Positions 1-13,555 of a stretch of DNA of 64,000 nucleotides are shown in pieces. Source of the DNA: Octopus sinensis (Eukaryota); NCBI RefSeq assembly GCF_006345805.1, contig NC_042997.1, forward strand, positions 141,112,001 through 141,176,000, written 5' to 3'. Numbering within the stretch: position 1 is the first letter of the stretch; every line of letters starts with the position of its first letter. The translations under genes were made by a program, and so were the position numbers. Under the pieces are notes generated by a model. The model saw only the letters and a program-made list of their open reading frames with translations, was not told the DNA's origin and did not search any database.

Positions 1-86
1 TCCTGCACATACATGCACGCATACATACATACATACATACATACATACATACATACATACACAAATACATGCATGCATACATACAT

Positions 87-179
<93 letters not shown>

Positions 180-180
180 T
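1..180. repeat. Compound microsatellite (TACA)n-(CA)n-(TA)n
   Basis: Directly visible. It explains most of the 13..279 ORF. Confidence 0.97.
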
Positions 181-189
181 TTTTTTACC

Positions 190-960
190 TCTATTGACAA
201 AAATTTTTATCTCGACGATATCTCCTTTCACTCCGTAGTAGCCAAATCCTCTAGCTTCTTCAATTTCTGGTGTCACTGATTATATAATCTTCAAGTCCAA
301 ATTATATACACCCCTCAATGGGGATGATGACAATCTTGTCGCTTCCAAAGGCTAAAAAAAACCCCACAAACACACATAATGTAAACGAAATAACACAGAC
401 TGTTGCGCAACATTCGTTTAACATGAGTAGCACACAACTAAACCTCTCACAATCGTTTGAAATTTTGGGCACCACTATCACCAAAGATCTCTACTAGTGA
501 AACTACTATCTTAACATAGCTATGACCGTATCCTAGTAACCCAAGTACTCGCCCTTACCTTCAAGATCTGAAGAGGCTCTACCTCCTCCACAACATTCAT
601 TGATACTCATCAAGTCTCAAGTGGTTTCTAAATGATGTGTTGCTCCCAGATTTGGAGACTTTGTTGCTGCTGAAATTACATCCAGAAAATAGCCATCGAA
701 CTGATTCGTACACTCCAGCCTCCGTTCACATATATGCTATCTTCTGTCAGGCAATCACGACACCCCAAGCCACTCATCTCTTCTCCTCTCATCAAAGTTC
801 TTTTGTCCAACACCTTACCCAGGAGACACACTAACCAATACCTACAGTCGTTTCTTCTCAGAACGTTGTTCCTCTAGAATATCTCTTCCTGTTTACATAT
901 TATTTGTAGGTGAGATAGTTCAAATGAAATATTAACATCAGCCTCAACGGTCACACAGGA
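190..960 (+). mobile_element. Decayed CR1/L2-group LINE, reverse transcriptase C-terminal part
   Basis: Broken frames give [10 protein letters not shown] (YADD-like), LNLSQSFEILGTTITKDL, LILIKSQV and IQKIAIELI, in the order expected for CR1-group ORF2. Many stops and frameshifts. Confidence 0.7.
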
Positions 961-1192
961 CCTGTGGAATCCATGGGCGTTACCTTACTCAAGACACAGG
1001 AAGTAAAAAAATTACACTTAAAAGCTTACTGCAAGATTATGGCTATTAGAAGGTAAGGCGAGCTGGTATCCCAGCACCCATTGTCCATGTATATATGCGA
1101 CCTTATGTACATATGTGTCATTCTGTACTGTTTGTATATGTGTGTTACTATCTGTCGATATTTTCTAGGAAACAGCCTCATTCATATGTATC

Positions 1193-1309
1193 TATAGGCT
1201 GTCTCAAAAAAAGTGACTGTTGGCCGAGATTATGTATTATATATATTCCTTTATATGTTTGTTCCAGTCCTTGTTACTTGCGTTCAAATTCATTATGAAA
1301 CACCCTGTA
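1193..1309. mobile_element. Possible small Tc1/mariner-type MITE
   Basis: Imperfect TIRs TATAGGCTGTCTCAAAA / TTATGAAACACCCTGTA with TA ends. Confidence 0.4.
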
Positions 1310-2010
1310 TGTGTACAGATCTGAATGCGAATATTGCTATCGACAAGCTGTTTGCTGTAGTCGATGGCACGACCAGCGTAAAATCTTTCCCGACTTGAAA
1401 CCAATCAATATTTATTCCCTTCCTTCTCTTTCTCATTCTCCTTATTTACTTCTTTTTCTCTCTCGCATACCCAACCCCAGCTTCATCCACTTTCCAATCC
1501 TCACCTTAACACTCTTTCCCCGCTCCCTGTCTCCGATTGCTTCGCACGACTCATGTACAACAACTAAATTTTTGTATTTACTTCCCGTTATTCAATGCTG
1601 TTTCTAAGCTCATAGGGGCTAAATACAAAAGAAAATCTTATTCGCTACCGAACAAGATTTTAGCGGAAACGTCAGAATCTTTTAAGAAACGTAATGTTTT
1701 ACCAATAAATACAAATATTGCCGATGCAAACATCCACTACTCTCTCTGGATTTTGTTTTCCTTACCCATCTACAAACACACAAACTCACATTCGTATATA
1801 TAGAACTGCTTTAAAACATACATTGAAGATACAACTACGTTCTAGTCTTAAGGCTTTGATTGGGATTTTTTTTCATATTCTCGTATGCAATCCTTACAGT
1901 TGCTTTTAAAGTAATAAGTTCCTAAATCCACAGTAATTCTCAATGTAGTTACAGTTCCACGAACTCATCATCAGGATTCAAAGCAATATAAGTGTCTATA
2001 TATACATACA

Positions 2011-2058
<48 letters not shown>

Positions 2059-2079
2059 ACACACACACACCACACACAC

Positions 2080-2129
<50 letters not shown>

Positions 2130-2131
<2 letters not shown>

Positions 2132-3380
2132 GTCATCCCCTAAATAATGCAGTTTTTTAATACTTTTATTTTTCAAAATTAAGATAAGCAAAGTTCTTTT
2201 TTAATCTAAAATATTCTATCCTTCATTTCCTACAATACTCTTCCATCTATCTGGTAGACGTGCTAGGCCCCTCTTCCAAAATTTACTTGTTCGGGACGAA
2301 AAATACTCCTTAGTACTGTTCTGACCTCGTCTACAGAATTCACATTTTCTCCGTCCATATGATTTTGAAGACTGCGGAATAAATGATACTCAGATGGGGC
2401 AATGTTCAGCGAATATAGTGGGTGGGGCAACGTTTCCCATTTAAACTGTTCCAGCCTTTGGAATGTCATTGTATGTAGTCGAGCATCATCCTGATGGTAG
2501 GACACCTTTCGTCTTGAAACCAAAGATGGTCGTTTTTCTTCTAACGCTGACATAAGCCGCTCAGTCTGCTCGCACTAGATCTCCTTTGTTATCTTTTGGT
2601 TTGGGTTTAAAAGTTCAAAGTGGACTAAACCTTTCATATCCCACCAAACAGATAGCATCACATTATGTGGGTGAACATCTTCCCTAGCCTGGGGTGCCGG
2701 TGTTTCTCTTTTCCCTACCCACAGTCTTTCGTGCTTGACATTTTTATAGAGAACCCATTTCTCGTCAGCAGTCACTATTCAGGCCAAAAATGGTTCATTC
2801 GTGAGAAGAAGAGCACACATTTACTCTATGTGCGCGATTAGACTTGTAAAGTTTCAGGAACACATTGACCTAATTTGCACGCAGGTGTTAATGAATAGTT
2901 AAATGGCCAAATCCAAGCTTCTCTGCTAGTTCCTCAACAGTTGAGATGAGATTTTGTTCCGCCAAGGTTTGCAGGACGTCTTTGTCCTTCCAGGGTGAGG
3001 CTCGTCTCCTAGGTTGTCGTTTTCGGCTCGGAATTTTTGGAACCACCGTTGACACTGGCTTACGCTTATTCTCCGACCGCCATACAGTGCATGAATATTC
3101 ATCGCACTTTCTATTGCGTTGTTGCCTTCATAGAATTCATAAAGCGAAACATGCCGAATATGCTCCTTTGTCACTTCTATTATAGCGTTGAAAAAATAAC
3201 TGTTAAAATTGAACTGCACTCTTCAAAAGTTGCACTGAGAATAAATAAAAGTAAAATTACTATCTGCTTTTATATCAAGTTGATGCAGGTAGTTTATCGT
3301 TTATCCTGTCCCATTCCGACTTTTAATTCATGCAATTGAAAACAAAAACAGAAAAAAAAACGCATTAGAGTTTTTGACCA
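2130..3380 (-). mobile_element. Mariner (D,D34D) element, near full length, pseudogenised transposase
   Basis: ORFs 2926-3219 (N-terminal HTH, CQRWFQKFR), 2575-2775 (TADEKWVLY, VMLSVWWDMKG) and 2263-2553 (HQDDARLH, HPLYSLNIAPSEYHLF). About 1.25 kb with weak TAATGC(A/G)TTTTT terminal repeats. Confidence 0.93.
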
Positions 3381-3564
3381 GAAACACAGCTCTTTTTAGT
3401 CGAGACAAAAAAAAAATACAAATGTCAGATGAAAATTACAAAACTATCGAACGACGCTTACCATTAACTAATGTGACTACATGAGAATGATGTGTAAAAA
3501 CGGTATGTGTGTGTGTGTGTAAACATATATATATGTATACACACATATACATTCTTTTATTCTT

Positions 3565-3932
3565 TTACTTCTTTCAATCATTTGACTGCGGCCATGTTGG
3601 AGCACCGCCTCAAAGGATTTTAATGGAAGAAATCTACCCCCGGACTTATTCTTTGTAAGCCTATTATGTATTTCATCCCTCACTTTTTCTGAACCGCTAA
3701 GTAACGGGGAAGTAAACACATAATAATCAGTTGTCAAGTGATGGGGACAAATACAGTGGTGGGTCAAACACAAACACACGCATAAATATATACATATATA
3801 TACGACGAGGTTCTTTCAGTTTCTGTTTACCAAATCCATTGACACTAGAAGACACTTGCCTAAGGTCCCACGCAATGGAATTGAACCTGGCATCATGTTG
3901 TTAGGAAGCCAGCTTCTTACCACACAGCCATG

Positions 3933-3935
<3 letters not shown>
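3565..3935 (-). mobile_element. tRNA-headed SINE: head (3935-3803), internal microsatellite, tail ending GGCCGCAGTCAAATGATTGAAAG
   Basis: A/B-box-like head on the minus strand. The same head and tail occur on + at 52937-53082 and 53455-53660. Confidence 0.8.
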
Positions 3936-3971
<36 letters not shown>

Positions 3972-4239
3972 TATATATATACATACATACACACACAAAC
4001 ACACACACATACACATATATATTTCATCATGGTTTTTCAGTTTATATGTATTTCAATATGACAAGGAAGATTAATCACTGAGAAATATTTAAAAGGGGAA
4101 GGACGTAATTAAAATTGATATAGGGAAAATTTGGCAACGATGAATATTTGAATAAATAAAATATATTTATGCGTTCATATCTGCGGGCGCGCGCATACAC
4201 ACAAACATACATACACACACACACACACACGCACACATG

Positions 4240-4278
<39 letters not shown>

Positions 4279-4319
4279 AGAGTGTTGTAGTTCGTTTTGA
4301 GCATTGTAGCACCGAAGAA

Positions 4320-4733
4320 GAGAAAGCTTCTGACAATGTAAAGTTTTACATAAACATTTATATTTCAACCACAAAAGCCCATCCTCAGAAGAACGTAGTC
4401 TAGGAAATGTCCAGTTACACAGGTTCTGTTATCCAACTCAAACTCCACGGCGTTGTGTTAGCAGAAATAGCTGCCACTTTCCAACTGTTGGTGTAAGCAA
4501 ACCTCCGACTGTTGGTGTAGGCAACTCTTTAACAGCCTACACCGTCAATTGCCTACACCGTCAGTTGGATAGTGACTGCTATTGCTATTGACATAACGCC
4601 GAGTAGTTTGAGTGGGGTAAAAGGATCTATGTAACTGGACATTTTCTAGACTGTTTCCTTCTGAGGATGGGCTTTTGCGCCTGAAATATAAAGGTTCTTT
4701 TTGTCAAACTTCCTCATTGTCAGAAGCTTTCTC
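4320..4733. mobile_element. About 415-bp imperfect palindrome with an HHR-like motif in each arm (probable inverted PLE terminal repeats)
   Basis: AGAAAGCTTCTGACAATG is mirrored by CATTGTCAGAAGCTTTCT; CAAAAGCCCATCCTCAGAAG...CAGTTACA is mirrored at 4630-4677. Centre near 4525. Confidence 0.7.
4657..4694 (+). ncRNA. Minimal type I hammerhead motif
   Basis: CCTT-CTGAGGA-T-GGGC(TTTTGC)GCCT-GAAA-TATA-AAGG: 4-bp stem I, stem II with one wobble, palindromic ATAT stem III, AUA triplet. Confidence 0.55.
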
Positions 4734-4930
4734 ATTTTCCCTTTTCACACACACACACACACACATACAATTCATAGATATGCATACACACTCATTCATA
4801 CGCACATGTACATATCTGCAGCCAAGGCTACAGCTTGAGCATTGGGGCTTGACGTTCATACATTTGAAATATTGCCCACTATCTACTGCGCCGGACGCTC
4901 TCCGTCCACAATCAGCAACACTGATGAATC

Positions 4931-5008
<78 letters not shown>

Positions 5009-5276
5009 AGAGAGTGAGACAGACAGACAGGCATGATTACCTATTCCAATCTGTCCGTTTCTGAATTTATGACGGTGGCGTATGATTTTTAGAAGTTTAG
5101 GCTGGTACAGACATATTCTCAATACTGGACAGTCAACTTTTCATCCTACTTTTTTGAAGCTGATAAAATTATCAGTCATGTACTGTGGTCAATGGTATGG
5201 ACTACCCCTTCATTTTAAACTGCTGGCCTTGTGCCTAAATCATGGCCGTTGTTATTACAGTGCGATGGGGAGGGGT

Positions 5277-5470
5277 CGGAATAGCAGAAGCGTTAGCACC
5301 CAGGATGAAATGCTTAGCTTCGTTTTGGGTTCAAATTCCGCCGAAGTTCTCTTTGCTTTTCGTCCTTTCGGGGTCGATAGATTAAGTACCAGTGAAACAC
5401 TAGGGTCGATGTAATTGACCAGTACACTCCCACAAAATTTCGGGCCTTGTGCCTTTACTAGAAAGATTAT
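5277..5470 (+). mobile_element. SINE family A (CGTTAGCAC...GTTCAAATTCCGCCGAGGTCGACTTTGCCTTTCATCCTTTCGGGGTCGATAA)
   Basis: Matches many other copies in the window, e.g. 34076-34460 and 60186-60350. Confidence 0.85.
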
Positions 5471-7119
5471 TTGTTTCGGCTCAACAAAAACCAAAGTTTA
5501 AATATCACTGAAGTCAAACTTGCTTTTCATCCCCACTCCTCAGTCGACAAAATGAAGCACCGATCAAATTCTAAGGTCTATTGAAACAACTGATCCTCAT
5601 CCGCAAATTTCTTGCTTTATTTCTATAATGGAAACCATTTGTAGATTGTAGCTTTTGCCAAAGAACTCCATCCTCAGTGATCTTCATCGAAGTAGTTTTG
5701 TTGGTTCAGTTGAAATGTCACTGCGTCCACTGTCTTTTATCCTTCTAAGGTATATTAAATTAATGCCAGTCAAATACTAGCAACAAGTTTATCGTGTGAA
5801 ATGCTCACCTAAAATTAGTGGCATTGCACTGCTAAAACCTATCGTTACTGTTATCTATTTTGCCATCACTGTTTTCTTGCTGAAAATGATGTTATTTTCT
5901 CACTTGCTTCTCAGCCACTTTACAGCTCTCTTATCGAATATCTAAAGTCTTAAGTTACTTCTTATGGCGAAAAATTAACTGAATTTGCAATTCCGTACAA
6001 GGCATCGTAATTAAACAGCTGTGGCTTTTTTCGAAACCAGAAACAAGAGGAAGAATTTAAAGAGCTTTTAATCCGAAGAAGCATCAGAGCTCATAAAAAA
6101 AGCAGGCAATTTTAAAACTGACAACACCATTCCAAGACTGTCAGAATTTATGGATTCCCAATTACCATAAAACTTTTATTGCAGACAACAATTTGTCCCA
6201 GTTTTTATATATATTTTCCTTTTAACTTTTGATATTTTTCCTTTGATTTTCTTTCTTCTTTTCACGAGTAACTATTATTTTTAGGCATTCAATCAAATCT
6301 CATTTTTATTTGTTTTGTTGACTGGATTCAAAGAAAGAAATATCAATAATCTGAGGAATTTGATTCCACAAAATTTAGAGAAGATAAAAAAAAAAGAAAA
6401 AAAGAAAATTAAAAGCAAATAAATGAATACAGAAAACGCAGCGGAAGAAATCGAGTTCTTCAAAATTCTAAGCTATTTACTTTTTATTTATATTCTTTAA
6501 CGTTTTCTAATTGTAATTTCCCCGCCCCCTTTCTTTGAATCCAGATTTTCAGGTTTGATGACCTGTTTAATCATGTTACTCACAGAAATTCTTTGAGTGG
6601 GAATTCATAACAGAATTTCTGTTTAATTCCACCATTCCACTATGTAAGTTTCGGCTGCGAAGAGAAAATAAAGAAAATCACTTTAAAAGAAAACATAACA
6701 GTCAAGAAATCGACATTGCTCGGTTGCAGAAGTCATGAATTATTCAAACCTCATCACTGATATATTGGTGTGACAATTTCGTTCATTGGGATATTAGAGC
6801 TGCTAAATATTCGCTGTAACATTTTAAATTTTTCAACCAGATGTGAAGGAAATACCCATGACTCTTTGCAGGGATTTCAAAACTAGTATGAGGAAGCGGG
6901 ATCTGATCTTAATGCATGCTTCAAAGTTGGAGTGAGGTGTCTACTAAAGACACGCAAGATATCAGGTGGTGATGTTAAACTGGATGACAAAGTAAGAATA
7001 CCACCCAAGTAAGCCATGATGGTATTTGAACTCGGGTCGCTAAGAATCGAAGCAAATACCGCAAGACATTCGGTCCGATATTCTTACAGTTCTGCCTATC
7101 CACCAAACTTTATTTTGGG

Positions 7120-7405
7120 GTCCTCCGAAAAGATGAAAAGTAAAATAAACTGGAATAGGATTTGAACTCAGAATCGGAACAAATACCTCGAGACTTTCTA
7201 TCAATCCTGCCAGTTCACCATCTTTACATTAAGTGCATTAGAGGGATGGTAGTTGGAGTGGTTAAGGGGATATATTGGTTTCAAATTTTAGCACAAGGCC
7301 AGCAATTTCGGGGGTTGGGTGTAAGTCGATTACATTAATTCAACTGGAACTTATTTTAACGACTCCGAAAGGATGAAAAGCAAAGTCGACCTCGGCGTAA
7401 TTTGC
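7120..7405 (-). mobile_element. Two decayed SINE family A copies
   Basis: GATTTGAACTCAGAA and GAAAGGATGAAAAGCAAAGTCGACCTCGGC motifs. Confidence 0.75.
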
Positions 7406-7449
7406 CAATTCAATGAGATAGTAATCATCGACGAAATCGAGGAAGATCC

Positions 7450-8050
7450 ATATAGTAATTAATTACTTGGTTTGCTAGTAATGGAGATTTGAATAATGTA
7501 TTGTTACCTGAAGTAGGATAGTAGTAGCTGTTGTAGAGTAGTAATGAATTTATTAGCGAGCATACTGGTATGTCAAAGTGTGCGACGATTTGAATATACA
7601 CTTGTGTAATGGCGAATGTAAACGTGTAGGAGTAGGTTTGTTGATTTGTATAGCATTAGAATTAATCTAGTGAAAAACAGCACTTCTGGTTACAACGCTA
7701 ACAGATAGGAGACAAAGTGTTTAGAAAATTCTGCTACCAAATTTGAGTTAAAAGGAATTGTCTGATCTACAGATAGAGTGAAATGTCTGGGTTCCTTTTT
7801 GTATAAACACTCGTTTTTTTTTAATTCAATCATTTGTCTACTGTATATCTTTGTTTATGTAGAGACGGTAATTTATATAAAGATAGCTTAATGTTAAGTA
7901 ATGAAGTGAGGTTGACAGACGCTTAAGTGTGAGTGATGACCGTATGTAATGTTAGAGTGGTAGTTAGATGTGAAAGGAGAATATTAGCTGTTTGTACCTG
8001 ACCGTGAAGTGAGACTAGTATGTCTTTGTGAAGTGGTAATTGAACAAGTC
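7450..8050 (-). mobile_element. Possible heavily decayed Penelope-like RT thumb/linker
   Basis: Fragments KLPSLH, TSVYTK, SLYL and ISITSKP fall in the order of the PLE motifs LPFLD, TSVYRK and FxSKP. Many stops. Confidence 0.3.
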
Positions 8051-9204
8051 TCTGATATTTGAATCGCACTTATTTGTCAACCAGCAATATATTCAACAAA
8101 TCAGGAGCAGTAAACCTGAGAGAACGATAAAGTAGCGGAGTAAGTATTTTCTTTCATCACTAATAGATTCTAAGTTCAAATACTTACGGAAGCACCTTTA
8201 AATCTCATCTCTTGAGAGTCAATAAAATTGTTACTAAAAGATTGCAGCAAGCACGTACAAGAGTCAATTCGATCAATTCTATTCGTTTTTTTAGATATGT
8301 GTCAACCTGTGCCGTTGTGCGAAATCAATATATTTCATTGCTCGAAGACGGTGGAATTGGAGAAAACACTAACGCACTTACGAAAAAGGGTTTACAACTT
8401 TAGATCATATAGATTTTGCTCATCTAGCTTCTGCGTGCCAAAGCTACCGGGATCGCTTTTTGATATCCTTCCTGACCGATAAAGTTATCATTTGTTATAT
8501 ACTGGAATACATGAAACTGAATATGTCTTTCCTGCCAGTTGGGGAATTCGACTTCACCTCACTCTCAAAGAAATCATATATTCAATCAGTCGTCGAGTAC
8601 TTAAGAGTAAGGGACATTTCAGGGAACTGATCAACCAAGAGTTTAACATGCAGTTATAAGGTAAATATAAAACACTCTCACACACACATTTATAAGTATG
8701 TGTGTATATGTATGTGTGCATTTATGTATATATGTACGCTTATAGATACATGTGTGCATGTAGTGTGTGTTTGTGCCTGTGTATCGTGATGAACAGCTTT
8801 TTTTAAACAAATAGTTTTAAGTAAGTTAGAAACAGAACCGTCTTATATAGAATTTTCCAAAACTGTAGGTTAATCATCGAAGCAATATCGATAAGAAAAT
8901 GCGAGGCAAACTTTAAAACTCCAGTAAAGTGTCGTAATAACTAACAAAGACTATTTCCTGATCAATGAAAGGGTGGTAAAAGCTTCGTTTCTGGCGATAA
9001 TTACATAATTAACACAGTAGCAAGTTCATGAATCTTGACTGCTATAAAATAACCATAACATGTTTCAGCAATAATGATTTCTTCCAAAGCCAATGAAAGA
9101 ATCTTTACTAAAACTACGAAGGAACATTTACTGGGTTATTTGACGTACTAGAAATAAAGACAAATCTCCCTCAAACCACATCATTCTGTCTTAATAATTA
9201 TTTA

Positions 9205-9365
9205 AAATTTTTGCCATAAGGGCAGCTTTGAGAGGTGTGAATGAGTCGATGTAATCGACTCCAGTGCTCAACTGGTACTTATTTTATCGACTCCGAAATG
9301 ATGGAAGGTACAGTCAACCTCGGCGGAATTTGAACTCAGAACGTAGCAACGGGCAAAACACCTAC
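9205..9365 (-). mobile_element. SINE family A
   Basis: GTCGATGTAATCGACTCCAGTGCTCAACTGGTACTTATTTTATCGAC...CGGCGGAATTTGAACTCAGAACG. Confidence 0.85.
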
Positions 9366-9739
9366 TGTGTTAATAATGGACACTGTGATACAATACTGAT
9401 GCAGTACTGCGATACAATAGTCTGTAATACAATATTAATGGGTGTTTGCACACGATCTCAGATCAAGTCACTTGCTATGCAAGTACATCTCCGTAATAAT
9501 ATGATGATACGAGAATATTCTTTTCATAATTATAATACAAACTATAAATTTTAAAGTGAATTCAAACTTCCTCCCTTAGCAATAGTATGAAACAATAAAT
9601 AATTACTTCCACCCATTCTGTTAAAAAAATCAAAAGTCAATAGATCTACAAGATGGAAGGCACCAAGATGGGATGAGGGTGGGGGAATTGACGATGTGTG
9701 AATGATGGAAAAAATACTGTATTAACGATAGGAAATTGT

Positions 9740-11930
9740 CAGGCCTCATTCTGAATCAGGATTTATAAATAGAAAGATAATTGTGACCTCTGACTATAAG
9801 CAATATTTAGTTGTTGGTCGGAGACATGATCTGGTAATAATAAAATAATTTTGTAGATATGTTGTGGATGTAAGTATGTGTTTCGGAGAGTTTGTTCATG
9901 GAGTGACATAGATTGTCAAGAGTTGGATTTTATTGCGACACCAAACTATTCCTCTCATGTGTCCAAGTGCTTTCCCAATTTTTAATAATGTTGTTTCATC
10001 GTGTTTGTAATATGCATCTTCAAAGGATACCCTAATGCGCTACTTTATGTGCTTGATAATGTATTATAGTTTGTTAGAGAGAGATTAGAGACCCAGGCAT
10101 AATCCATGTTGGATATAATGTAGTGCTTTATCTTTTGTCTCATCTTTGTTTCAGTTATTGGACTGCGGTCATGCTGGAGCACCACCTTGAAGGTTTAGTC
10201 GAACAAATCCCCTTCACTACTTGAGATACTTTCTAAGTTTGGCATTTATGCTATTGATTATTTTTACTGAGCCGCTCCGCTACTAATGGGAAAGTAAGCA
10301 AAATAAAACTGTCATCCCAACCATACCGGCACTTATGCACACAGTCATGCCTGCGCTCATGTAAGGTGTTTTATTTTTGTTTGCCTTGTGAGATGTTGTG
10401 CGCCGTTTGGATCTCTTTACTATGTCAACTATGCTAGTTCTGAATGTTGAAAAGGTGTGTATAACTCCATATACTTTGATCATCCGTGTGCAAGATGTAT
10501 TGATGTTATTGAGAGTGATGGCTGGAAGTTTTTACATCTCTTTTTACTACTAAGGGAGCAGACGGAGTTATTTCAGAGCACCGTTTCTCGTTTCTGATAT
10601 CGGTGTCAAGGTTTGGCACAAGCCCACCAATTTCGGGGGAAGGGCTAAATCGATTAGATCGGCACCAGTAATCATCTGGTTATCTGTTTTATCACCTAAA
10701 GGATGAAAAGAAAAATTGACTCCGGAGGTATTTGAACCCAGAACGAACAGACGGGTGAAATGCTGCTACTAATTTTGCCCGGCTTGCTAAAGATTCTGCC
10801 TTCTCGCTACCTTGTGTTTCTAGATATTGATGAATTTCTTTATTGCCCACAAGGGGCTAAACATAGAGGGGACAAACAAAGGGATTAAGTCGATTACATC
10901 GACCCCAGTGCCTAAGTGGTACTTTATTTATCGACCCCGAAAATACGAAAGGCAAAGTCGACCTCGACGGGTTTCTAGATGTTGATCTGATGCTTGATTA
11001 ATTTCACGTCGGTATGCAGAGTAGATAATTTATGTTCTAGGCACATGGTCAACAAATTTAAGAGGAAGGGATTAATGAATAATATCAACTCCAGTATTTG
11101 ACTGCTGCTTTATTTTATCGACTTTCGAAGGGATGAAAGTCAAAGTTGACCTCGGCGAGATTTCAAATCAGAACATGATGTGCTGGAAAGAATGCCGCAT
11201 GGCAATTCCGACGCTGTAACGATTCTAGAATAGTAAGATAATGCAAGTGTGATATCATCTACATATGATGATGTATAGTGCGAAGTTGTGTAAGACGGTT
11301 GTGTAGGTATAGGTAAAAAGAATAGTCAAGAGTACGGTTCCTTCCGTTACAAAACAACATATCTGGAATCGTATATTCCCGATATTTTTATTGAGTTTTA
11401 TACTACATAGGTTTGGCGATGTGCCAGGTAGTTCGTTAACTTAGATATTTTCGTTGATTATAAATATGTCTAACACAATGTACGTTGGAGTTGCATTGTT
11501 TATAAAAATAGTGAAAGGTCACAGTAACCACTCCGTAATTTCTATTACATCAGTTTTCAGTTAAGAGGGTATATATTCAATATATAAAGGTGAAGCGTAA
11601 ACAAATGCGAGAAAAACTGGGAACGGAGCATCTACATGGTTGCTGGCTTTACTAGAAATAATAGCCAAACCTCCTTCAAATAGGACAGTATCATCTTTAA
11701 AATACGAAGGATATATATTGTAATTCTAAATGCATTATTACTGAAAATAAAAAAAGAATGAAAGAAAAGAAAGAAAAAGAAAAAGAAATAGAAAAGAAAC
11801 GGAATGGTTGAAGCTGGTATAGTTTTCATCGCACCTCGGGAAAGTGACTTAATAACAGAACTAATACAAACAAACATTTCTAAGTTTCCAGTTCCTGTGT
11901 AAGTAGGCCTAAACACTGTATCACTCTCGG
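9740..11930 (-). mobile_element. Ancient CR1-group LINE ORF2 broken by SINE insertions
   Basis: Collinear remnants on the minus strand: NHVDAPFPVFLAF (VDVIYLDFAKAF-like, ~11630), EGTVLLTILF (QGTVLGPLLF-like, ~11330), SYVDDITL (~11250), IKVYGVIHTFSTFRTSIVDIVKR (VKDLGV-like, 10400-10480), C-terminal remnants 9740-10120. Confidence 0.6.
10140..11230 (-). mobile_element. SINE cluster nested in the LINE: tail copy 10140-10330; family A at 10600-10975 and 11025-11230
   Basis: Family diagnostic motifs are visible. Confidence 0.8.
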
Positions 11931-12329
11931 CTACCACAATCTGCCATCGTTAAACTGTTTCCTTGTTTTGTGTTTTCTTGAAGGTGTTTTATGTAGATAG
12001 ATACCGTGTTGAATTATAGACGGCTGTATAGCAACTCTTTCAACTTTTAATGCATTTTACTGGATTGTTTGTGATTTAGGCTTGAATTCATTCAACACGA
12101 AATGCCGTTTGAAACTTCAAAAGAATTCCTCTCATTTTACTTTGTAAATTAATGCCCCAAGAATTGCAAAACATATTGTTCTCCTTGTTCAAAATTTCAT
12201 TGGAAAATTCCATTTTCCTGTTTCTATATATCTTTCTATTTCGCTTATTACTTTCTGTCTCTTCGGTCTTTTTCGTATTCCATTACTTTACACGTATGTG
12301 TGTGTGTAAGTGGGAGTATATATATCACA

Positions 12330-12388
12330 CTATCTCTCTCCCTCTCTTTCTCTCTCTCTATCTGTCTATCTATCAATCTATTCCTATC

Positions 12389-12442
<54 letters not shown>

Positions 12443-12500
12443 AATCTATTCCTATCTCTACTTATCTATCTATCTATCTCTCTCTCTCTCTCTCTCACTT
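12330..12500. repeat. (CT)n/(CTAT)n microsatellite
   Basis: Directly visible. It explains the LSIY-repeat ORFs. Confidence 0.97.
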
Positions 12501-13374
12501 TCTCTCCCTATATGTATGTGTGTGTACGCGTGTGCATGCGTGCGTATGTATATAATCAGCGTACACAGATCTATACAGTATGTAGTTGCGTGTTTGTTTG
12601 CTTCTAAGTTGATTTGCTTGTGTGTATATACTTGTATGAGAATAACATGTAAACATGAAAGAATCTTCGTCATAACTTTGTTTTAACATATTCGCTTCCT
12701 CGAAGAACGAGACGGCTAGACATGATCGAATACAGTCAGACGAATTTCCTACAAATGGATATCAGTTGATTCAATATTTGTAGTAATAAACAACCAAGTG
12801 TTTTTCAATAAATGGTTTAATTGAAAACCAAAATGGCACTACATGTTGCTTTCAAGATTCCCTTTTAAAGAGGTAACGGCTGATGCAGTTTACTTTCAAA
12901 TAATGATAATGCTAAACAGAAACAAACTTAAAGAGTTGAAACTGAAGTAGAATTATCAAGATAATTATTCCGCTAGGCCAATTTTCAATCCTTTACAGCA
13001 GTATATATTTCAATTCTACAGCTATCCTACTCATCATCCTGCCACTAACAAACAACCAATGCAGTTAAATCTCAACGCTATGGATTGGAATAAGCTGGAT
13101 AAGAATTGCAATTGACACACTTCACTCGAATAACATTTTGCCTTCTTTTTCTGAGGCAGTTACCACAATTAGAAATTCGGCAACAGATACAACGATGATG
13201 TCGATGATGATGAGGGCAACAGCACCGACGACAGAAACCGTAACCCTTTGCTTTGGTATTTTTTTCTTGAGTGCTAGGATTCATAAGAGCAATAATTTGG
13301 TTTCCATAGTATATAAGCGACCGAGATTACAGCATTAATGTGAACCGGATGGCAGTCCTTTGGAAGAATCAAAG

Positions 13375-13555
13375 CCATCAATTTTTAGACGCTACAAGTC
13401 GATTATTTCGATTCCAGTTTTTGACTGATACTTTGTTTTATCAAGTCTCGAAGGGATGAAAGGCAAATTTCACCTTTGTGAACTCAGAAAATAAAAAATC
13501 GGAAGACATTTTGCTAAGCATTTTGTTCGACGTCTTAACGATTCTGCCAGCAATT
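13375..13555 (-). mobile_element. SINE family A abutting the Tc1 3' truncation
   Basis: GAAGGGATGAAAGGCAAATTTCACCTTTGTGAACTCAGAA...TTAACGATTCTGCCAGC. Confidence 0.75.

Noticed and set aside
11560-11700. Minus-strand exon candidate DDTVLFEGGLAIISSKASNHVDAPFP
   Set aside because: Better explained as decayed LINE RT, collinear with downstream GTVL and YVDD motifs.
13080-13290. Cys/His-rich ORF (CRRCCCPHHHRHH) as a metal-binding protein
   Set aside because: It arises from degenerate (CAT/GAT)n-like sequence, with no domain pattern or splice support.
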